This document shows, piece after piece, positions 52,301 through 61,300 of a DNA stretch of 64,000 bases (within the stretch, counting starts at the first letter, position 1; the number at the start of each line of letters is the position of its first letter). The stretch is from Candidatus Omnitrophota bacterium. GTDB lineage: Bacteria > Omnitrophota > Gorgyraeia > Gygaellales > Profunditerraquicolaceae. Where the stretch lies: positions 81,925-145,924 of the forward strand of contig JAKPTF010000035.1 of NCBI GenBank assembly GCA_029571225.1, in the 5' to 3' direction. The position numbers and the translations under genes are program-made. A model generated the notes under the pieces. The model was not told where the DNA came from, ran no database searches, and saw only the letters and a list, made by a program, of their open reading frames with translations.

Positions 52301-55300
52301 CTCTTCCAGGAAATAATAATTTACGTTGCCGTTAGTCCCCTTCCAGATACGGCATGGCAACTGTTTATATTCTATATCCACCATACAGGTGATTCCGGTA
52401 TTCACGAGCATGCTCTCATCCACGGCATCATACTTATACAGGATCACCGATACGTTCAATCCGAAATTCGACAGGGCAGTAGCCAGTTCGCCGCAGACGT
52501 CTCCCAGGCCGCCGGTCTTGAAGAACGGTTCAGATTCAGGCGTGACGATCACTACATTTTTCACTCCGTTGGGATCGAGCAGGTTGCGAATGCGGTAGGT
52601 AATATCCTCTGCGAACACCGCGCCTTCGTTATCGCGGATATGCTCCTGGATCTGTCCAGCGATGAATCGCAGCAGTGCGACCACATCCGGGTTGGCCAAC
52701 ACGTCTTTGATCCCGGCGTATTTGCGTTTGCTATGCGCAATGCTCTTGAGCAGAGAATTAAGTTTTACAAATTCCACACCAAAGATTTCGTCAGTGTGCA
52801 GGGTCACTTGGGCGGCCTCCGGGATGACGTAGGCAAAGACATGGGTAAAGGTATTCTCGATCATGCCCTGCTGGATGAAGTCGCGCTGGATCCTGATCCC
52901 CCGCTGCGATGTAATACGGATAAGATGATCCGCCTGAACCTTCATCCCCAGCTCCTGTTGCATCCGGGATACCGCTGCCTGCTCGGGCGTTTCTCCAGCC
53001 AGAACATGGCCGCTGGCCGATGCCTCCAGCAAGCCAGGATACATCTTCTTGGAAGCAGCACGTCTTTGCAGCAGGATCTGGCCGTCCTTGTTGATCACAA
53101 AAACATACACGTCGCTGTGCCATTCGCCGGCCAGATGCATCTGAGTCTTGGGCATCACCAGGCCGATGGCATTGCCTTCGGCGTCCCTCACGTCCAGGTA
53201 CTGCTCGCCGGTGACTCCGGCGTAACCAATGATCTCGAAATCCAGCTTCAGGCTGTTGATGATATGTTTGGCCAACTCGCGGGAGAAGGCAAAGGCGGAA
53301 ATCGTTCCGCGCATTTCCGCTTCCCGCAACCGCTCGATGATTCTGCTCACCGCAGGGGCTTCCGATTCGAGGATCTGCCGAGATTCCAGGCCAGCAAAAT
53401 CGTCCACGCCCAGGGCGCGCAATACCATAGCCACAAACGTCGCCTCGTCCACAGCCAGCGGATCCGCTGCCTCGAGCATCGCCCGGGCCAGCTCATCGGA
53501 AATCCCCTGGTTGTTTAAAACCCATTCCCGGGCATGCAGCCTGCGGAAGATGATAATATCCTGCTTTGCCTCTTCCCCGCCGTCGGCGGAGTACGCCATT
53601 GCTGTAAATATACCTGCAGACCCGAAAATACCCGCCACGGTAGGTTCCCGGGCCTGCAGAAGTGTAACCGTATTAATCCCAGCTCTCAGATTCTTGACTC
53701 TCAACCAGATCACCACCACCGCGCCGTAGGCGATAAGACCGACCTTGCGAAGCGCCAGTCTGATCATGCCGAGGATGCTGTAGACGGAGCTCTTCAGGGC
53801 CTGCGCGTTGCTGCCGCCGTCTTTCGGATCCGCAAGGATACTCTCGCTGGCAGTAACGATGATCAGCTCATAATCATCATCGCTTGTATTCTTGATTTTA
53901 AATCCCGTAATCGTATTTACCTGGTCGTTATTATTCAGGACGATCTGCGAACCGCCAAGGATATCAGGGATGACCTCTGGAGGACCTCTCGCTTTTATAA
54001 CCGTCAGCAATGCCTTTAATTTCGACCTCTCTGCCGCCATATTCCAGTCCCCGCCTATATTCTTCGGCCACGGCATGATCCGCACGATCTGTAAACCGGG
54101 ATATAACTGGGCAAAATCGAATACCTTTGTCTCCTTGCCGGGTTTCACAGCTATCATCTTAAACACAACATCAATTATCTTATCCGCAACAGGATTATGG
54201 ATGCCGTCTTCATCCTTGGCAAATAACGGCAACCCATCTTTATCTGTCTTTATAGTGGCTATCATATGATCCAGAATATGAGTGTACAATTCCCATCCAT
54301 CGCCGTTCTCGATCTCCGGAGGCAGTATCTGAGGCGCCCCTTGGGCTTCACCGCCACCCTGTACCTTAAATACCTGCAGATACAAGTCTTTGAATGTCCA
54401 GTCAATACTTGCTATCTCCTTATTAATATTGCGGATGGTATGTATGTATTCTGCAGGCGTCCGCACCACATACCCGAATGGAACCTGAGATGTATATACC
54501 TTCTCCAGTTCATTGATATCTTCATTTTTCCACATATCCCATACCACCCGTTTTTCCTCAGCGGTCAAGGTTATACCCTTAGTCTTGATATAGTCATCCA
54601 GCAATGCCTCGTTTTTCTCAACGCCGCTGGTCGTCCTTTGTTTTTCCAGGTCATACAGCATATCCATGCCCAAGGCGTTAAAAATGTTCTTGTTCCCCGC
54701 AACGTTGTATTTCTCAAGCAAATCCTTGATCAACTTCCCGTAATCCATATACCCCGTATAATCCGACCCCGAAAGAGTCCTTTCGGCTATCTTGGGATGT
54801 TTATGTATCCCTTGCCGGCTCCCTTTCGGGTTCTCGGCTTCGGTCATGCTGAACCCTCTTGCCCGGGAAGATTCAGGATTGAAGCTCGGATACTGCCGCT
54901 GGCTGTCGCCGTCTTGGCCTTTAACCAACCGATTCACAATGAACTCATATGGGATAACCGTGACCTGCTGCTGCAAACTCATATACAAGAGGTCTTCATT
55001 ATTGATAAATGCCGACCTGACAACCAACTCCTTCGTATAATCAAGAGTATCGGCTGTGGCGCCGAGTTTCTCAAGGTCTTTGCCTAAAGCGTCAAACGCA
55101 ACATTGATGGTCCGGCCTGTGGATTGCCTGTCCAATGACGCTTTCCATCTGTCCGCACTGTTCGATTCCCACTGGCTGCGATCGTTATAAATCCCGGCAA
55201 CTTCTTGCTCCAGCCGCTCCAACGCTTCTAATGATTGAACCGCAGCGTTAAACTTCGCTGTATCCAGCAATTCTTTCAGCTCGCGTACAAACCGGATTCT

Positions 55301-58300
55301 CCTCACCGAAAACTTTGTGGTCACCAGCGCGCCCAGCCTGTCCGCCAGCCTGCGAAGCGGCCGGAACAGCGTCCTGAACAGCGCCAAATTGCTGTAAGCG
55401 AAATCTCTAAGGAACTGACCGCAACTCTTTGTGCCGCCATCTTGCTTTGTTTCTGACTGCAAAGCACCCAAAGTTTCCTCATCGAAGGGCGAGATGAAGA
55501 TGCTCATCAGGTCATCGCCGTATTTCTCGCGCAGGGCCTCAAACCAGGCCAGGCCGCATTCCAGGATGATCAGCTTTGAGCCCTGGGCAAGCTTGGTATC
55601 CAGGCCTTCGATGTAAACAGTGTCTTTGTGCTCTTCTTTAGTGACGGGATCGATATATACAAACTCATCTACGATATCTTTGACTGCCATGCCCTGAAGC
55701 TGGTTATTGATCAAAGCGGTGATCACATGGCCCTGCCATTCCTCTTCTACAAAGAACCAGTGATCGGGATTACGGTAGTGATAATTCACGCCCATCTGCT
55801 CGCCCTTGCGGATGTTGCGGGTATGGATCAGAACGAATTTCTCGATCAGATCGCTATATTTGCGCTCGAAAGCCTCCCACACCGCACCCTTGCCGCCTCC
55901 CGGAGGGCCGGAGTACACGACGAACTTGGCAGGCGTGCTGTATGCGGACAGATCGATCGTGCGCAGCCGCTCGGCATAAGCATCAGCTGTCGCCTGATCA
56001 TCGCTCAACAGATCAGCAAAAATCGGTTCTTTGCCATTCTGAATGTTCTGCTGATCGATTCCTTGAGCGAGATTTATGAATATGGCCAGCGAGAAATCCT
56101 CGGTAAGATGAGCCATAATCTTTTCAAACTCTTCTTGGCTGCTGGCCCATTTATTTACCAGGACCTTCTTGTATTCGTTGCGCCGGGCAACCTGGTTCAC
56201 TGCCTCGTTGATGCGGTTTACAAATTCTTCCTGCTTGGTAGGCACGTAGAAATCTTTTTCCAGCAGCGCCTCGCCGTTGGCTAATTTGCCCATGGAAGCA
56301 GCTTTAACTTTCTCTGCTTCTTGAACCTCGCGGGAATGAATACGCTTGGCGATCTCAAGGCCGACAACGCCATGCAGCGCCTTGGCAGGATTGCTGATCG
56401 ATGCCTCGATCTCTTCATCCGAGAACGGCGAAATGAAGATGCTCATCAGGTCGCTGCCGTACTGGTCGCGCAGGGCCTCAAACCACGCCAGACCGCACTC
56501 CAGGATGATCAGCTTGGAACCCATCTGCAGCTTCGATTCCAGGCCTTCGACTTCCGCAACACCCCTGTGCTCTTCTTTGGTAACCGGGTCAAGATACACA
56601 AACTCGTCAGTGAAGTTGCGGATTGCCATACCCTGCAGCTGATTATTGATCTTTGCCTGCAGCACGTAATCTTTCCATTCCTCTTCTGCAAAGAACCAAT
56701 GCCCGGGATTACGGTAATGATAATTCCTGCCCATCTGTTCGCCGTCGCGGATGTTGCGGGTGTGGATAAGCACAAACTTCTCGATCATGTCGTTGTACTT
56801 TTCGGAGAATTTCTCCCACACCGCGCCCTTGCCGCCTCCCGGAGGACCAGAGTAAATGGCGAACTTCGCCGGCGTGTTATATGCCGAAAGATCAATCGTG
56901 CGGATCAGCGCTGCATAATCATCCGCAGTAGCGGAAGGATTGTTCAGGAATGCAGCAAAAATAGCAGCTTTGCCTTCTTTAATATTCTGCTGATCGATCG
57001 CAGTAGCGAGATTGGAGAAGATGGCGAGTGCGAATTCCTCGGTCAGGCGGTTAATCGTAGCTTCGTATTCGGCCTGGGAATTGGCCCATTTATTCACCAG
57101 CACTTGTGCATACTCATGCCGTCTGGCTACCTGGACCACCGCTTCTTCGATACGATTGACGAATTCGTTCTGATTGGTGGGAACGTAGAAATCCTTGCCC
57201 TGCAGGGCCTGCGCGGCGGCAACCTTGTCCAGCGATTTGGCCTTGACCTTCTCCGCTTCCTTGACTTCGCGGGCATGGATGCGTTTGGCGATCTCCAGGC
57301 CGATGATGCCGGAGAACGCGCGCTGCCTGATGATTTCGATGGCGCGCTTAAGCTTGTCGCCATCCTGCTTAGGTTGTTTCTCCGAAGCCCCTGCACTAGG
57401 AATATCCGATTGATTCTCGACTGGAGGAGCACGGGCAGAAACTCCACCCCTCTCGCTCTTTTGTATCATTTCGGCTTCCGCCCTCACGTTTAGCTTCTCA
57501 GCTCTTTCGCACAATTCGTTAATTCTTTCTATCAATTTGAAATACCGATTATTTTTGTTACCGTCAACATACCCTGGGGTAGACTTTATTAATTTATGCA
57601 CTTTTGAATCCCGGAAAGTTGCCTTTAATGCTTTGGCTCTACGGCCAATAGCTTCATAATCAGCCTCGCTTAGTCTTTTTTCTTGCTCCTGCTGCTCCAG
57701 TTTCTCAAGCCATTTCATCCCGGTGCGAAACTTGGTAATTTCTGCAGCATCCTTTTTCGTACTATCCCCACTGCAATTGGGCTCGCTCAATATATGCTGT
57801 AGTTCTAAATCAAGAACGCGCATCTTATTCAAGCGGAGCTTGGCGGGCAATACTTCGAAGATCACATAACCGGAAACGACAAGTCCATACATAATGCTTA
57901 ATCCGACGGCCTTCGCAAAGCCCACTTCCGGATCTCTCTTGAAACGCCCGTAAGAAAGGGCGGTGTAAATCAATCCTATCGCTCCCCAGGCAAAAAGCAT
58001 AACAATAAGTAAAGCCGGAGTTAATATCGCGGGCAATATGGCAGCCGCGACCGTGCCTCCGATAACACTCAAAGTGACAATTGCGTAAACTGCAGCAACA
58101 AGCTCGGATTTCTTGGTGAGATCTGCCTGCTCAACTTCTCTCACAACGTAGTTCACATGCTTTCCGTCCGCATTTACCATTTTGGCAGGGTCATTTTCGG
58201 TTCCCTTCCCGATATAATTCATTCCACGGTAGAAACTGCGGAGGTTCAAAACGAAGTTCTGAGCCTCTTTATTCTTATCCTTTACTTTTCCGTCCTTGCG

Positions 58301-61300
58301 CTCAGTTTTAACTGCCGCCTTTGAAAACCATTCAAAAAGATCTGCCTTCTGCTTCTCAATAGCAGCCCTGGCTTTCTCCGGATGCTTAATATGCCACATG
58401 AGAATCGCGGTTCCAATAATTATGTTAATTCCCGTTACGGTAAGATAATATATCGCAGCGGCGATTCCATACATTGCCGCTCTAACCTTACCTCTCCATC
58501 CCAATTCATTGTTTGTAAACGGCCCAAACAAGAAAACAAAAGGCAGCATGTAGAAGAATAACTGGAAGATAACTCCAAAAGGATGGATAGGAGTGAGCGC
58601 AACGATAATGAAAAGGATCATTGCAAATTTGATGGTAGGTTCATAAGCTTTGTATAATTCTTCGAAAGGCACGACCGGATACACTATGTCTTTAACGCCA
58701 GAAGTAAACAATCCGGCCTTACCGAGAAAAGCGTTCATTACCTTTTCCGCATGCAATGGAATTAGGGTGGCGAAAGTAAAAACAAGACTCCAGAAACGCT
58801 GCAGGAGCAATCCCAAGCTTATTAAAACATTTATAGAAACAGCGGTCCGAGCCCATCCATACTTCTGGAAATATCCCATTAACTTTACCAGGTGGGAATC
58901 CCCGGTTTTGGGCCTGCTCATAAATAACCTTAACCCTCCCGAGGTAATAGCTTCTGTAAAGATGTATTGCGCAACAATGAAAAATAGGGGCAATGCAAAA
59001 TAGGAGAACGGGCTAAATGTGACAAATAACGCAAATACAAAGATCGTTAGATTATACAAGGGAATAAGCGGTTTGTTGAAATAGAAGTCAAAATTCTGCA
59101 GCAAAGTCAGCTTCTCTGTCCAATGAAGCTGGTCGCTTAGAAGCAACTTCTGAAAGTGTGTAGATAGAGCCTCATCCAATACCAGGCCGCCAAATCTATT
59201 TTGAAAATCAAGGATCGCAACCATGAGCATTTCACGCGGCCGGCTCCAGCTTATTACCGGCGTAAAGCATCCCCTGTATCCCAAAAGCATTGCTTCATGC
59301 GCAGCCGCTGTATCCTCGATGTTAGACATAAAAGCTGCCCACTGCCTCATTACGTTCCACCTCACCAGACCTGGGCCGTAGAAAGCGTGGATCCCAACTT
59401 CCGCTTCCATTGCCACTATCCGCTCATTCCAGGTATCCTCTGCCACCTTGTGGTTGGCTGCAACGTTACTGACACCTCCCGTCCCCATGGACAAACGCGT
59501 AGTCATCCACCCCAAGGTAGCATCACTCATAAACTCCTGGGCTACGAATGGCAGCAAGTAATAGTCGGAGGGGAAGAAAAAGTGGTCACGGTCAAGGTTA
59601 ACGATCAACGCATCATCCTGCCCATTCTTGAAGATCATATGATCAATGAACCGCGCTGCGATGCTCCATTTATCCGTCTTAACTTCCCATCGCTTCGATT
59701 CTCCCTTTTCATAATTGTAGACTATGGGCTTGCCCTCTAAATCGACCAGAACATCGCCTTTCTCAGAGTCCTTGGTAGAAACGACGACCTTTCTTCCGTA
59801 TTGATTAACCACGAACCCGCGATTTTTCACTAACTCCTTAATAAGCGTGTTGGGTTCCTTCCCTCCCCATCTTTTATCTTCTTCACTCTCATTTGCCTTA
59901 TCAGGATCAATGTCTTCATGAATATGTACCAAACCAACATACTTGTTAACTTTCTCTATAAGCGCCCCTTCATCAATAATAATATTTTCCTTCCATTCAG
60001 ATTCTTTGGCCAGGCGGTTTGGCCTCGCGTCATTCGCTTCGCGCTCCATTTGATACCTGAAGAAATCTTTATAGGCGTTTTCCAGAGCCTCTTCAGCGAA
60101 AAGCAGTGTTTTCAAATACCCGTCTGCTCGATAAATAACCCACCCTACGACGATCCTATCTCCAATTACCTTGGAGATCTCTTCAATGACCACCGGCACC
60201 TTCATTTCATCTTTCCAAGAATTCGGCTTCTTTTTCAGGACTTTTTCCTTTCCCTGGGCCACAAGCCTATTTATAGCTTCCGGATCATTCTCCGCGAGAT
60301 AAGCAAAAACCATGTCAGCAAGATCATCGATAGTTGCCCTGAGCGCCATTTTCGCATCAGTGAATTTTTCAATGTTCTTCAAGTAAATATCTCGAACAAA
60401 TTGATTTTTGAAATCATCGCGGTTAGTTATTTGCAAAGCCTCCAGCAAGTTATTATCTGAGAACAATCCCTCTTTCAAGAATATTCTCCACGATTCCCCA
60501 AATTGCTCCTTAAATACCCTGAATCCGGATTTAAGGACTCGGTAAGGTCTTTGCTTGGTACGCGGCTGTTCATCAAGCTCCTCTATGTTGCCATCGAGAA
60601 ATTCAATGCTGGGAATTATTCTTTTCTTCCCTGTTCCTTTGCCGATTGTCATGATTGTTGGATTCCGAGATCGCCTATCGAACTCTTTCTCTCCGCCAAC
60701 CAACGCAATTTGGGTTTCCATTTTATTGAACCATTTAATTATTTCCAGCTGGGCTTGCGCATTAATTGGTTTGTAAATAGTCTTTTCTCCTACCTTGGTA
60801 GCCTTCAGCAACTCGGCGGCTTCGTTTTGATCGACAAGCCAGTATTTTTTGAGAGTGTTATTAACCATTCCTTCGAATGAAATTTGCCAATACCTCTTAG
60901 TTTGAATTCTTTCCAACTGTTTCTTGCCGATCCCTTCGTAAACGAAAATGCTATCCCATCCCTGATTGCGGATTATAGATGTCGAAGCTGCATCCGCCAT
61001 CAAATACCACCAGCTGCGAAAAGACATTCTGACATTCAGCAACACCAAGGGGATGCCTATAACAATTAATCCAAGCGTAACAATAGTACCAAGGCCGAAA
61101 GCTAAGCTCAATACTGCAATTCCGACCGAATACGCCCCGAGGACGAAGAAATATTTGATAAAGAAACTCTTCATGACGCGCAGCCGTTGTTCGCTTAATG
61201 CTCCTCGGTAAGGATATTCTTCGTCTTTTGTCTTGCCCAAGAAATGCCTAATATGGAATGATATATAAGGCAGGAATATTTTGACGAAGAACATCGGCCA

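Larger units (their letters stand above)
1382..55441 (-). repeat. Dispersed in-frame junction motif (K/R)-D-G-G, at least 37 copies, at module borders
   Basis: Plus-strand 9-mers NCC-NCC-(G/A)TC, all in the ORF frame, start at about 1382, 7073, 7385, 11987, 14309, 14822, 15755, 16637, 17864, 25769, 27053, 27326, 27491, 28175, 29453, 29723, 30485, 30584, 31406, 32285, 33116, 33416, 34475, 36971, 37445, 37793, 40016, 42809, 44765, 44870, 45674, 48560, 50843, 51056, 53576, 53813, 55433 (+/-1). 21 of them have K or R at position -1. The plus-strand 11-mer CCGCCGTCTTT (= AAA GAC GGC GG) recurs at least 9 times. Confidence 0.8.

Noticed and set aside
51608-53518. Longest ORF in the supplied track (plus strand, 636 aa)
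   Set aside because: It lies exactly antisense to the GlgA and Nudix modules. Its product is R/A/G/H/L-rich with no recognisable motif, whereas the opposite strand carries KTGGLGDV and the rest of a textbook glycogen synthase. It is a shadow ORF caused by codon bias.
1382-55441. The recurring gccgccgtc / ccgccgtcttt DNA words as a CRISPR array, REP element or other non-coding repeat
   Set aside because: Spacing is irregular (33 to 2,635 codons), there are no spacer/repeat units, and every copy is in frame and encodes D-G-G. It is therefore a coding-level motif.
55628-57493. Two similar plus-strand ORFs (55628..56284 and 56321..57493) that look like a duplicated gene pair
   Set aside because: Their similarity is the antisense image of the minus-strand 939-bp tandem duplication. 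Their sequences have no motifs, while the minus frame has P-loop/guanylate-kinase motifs.
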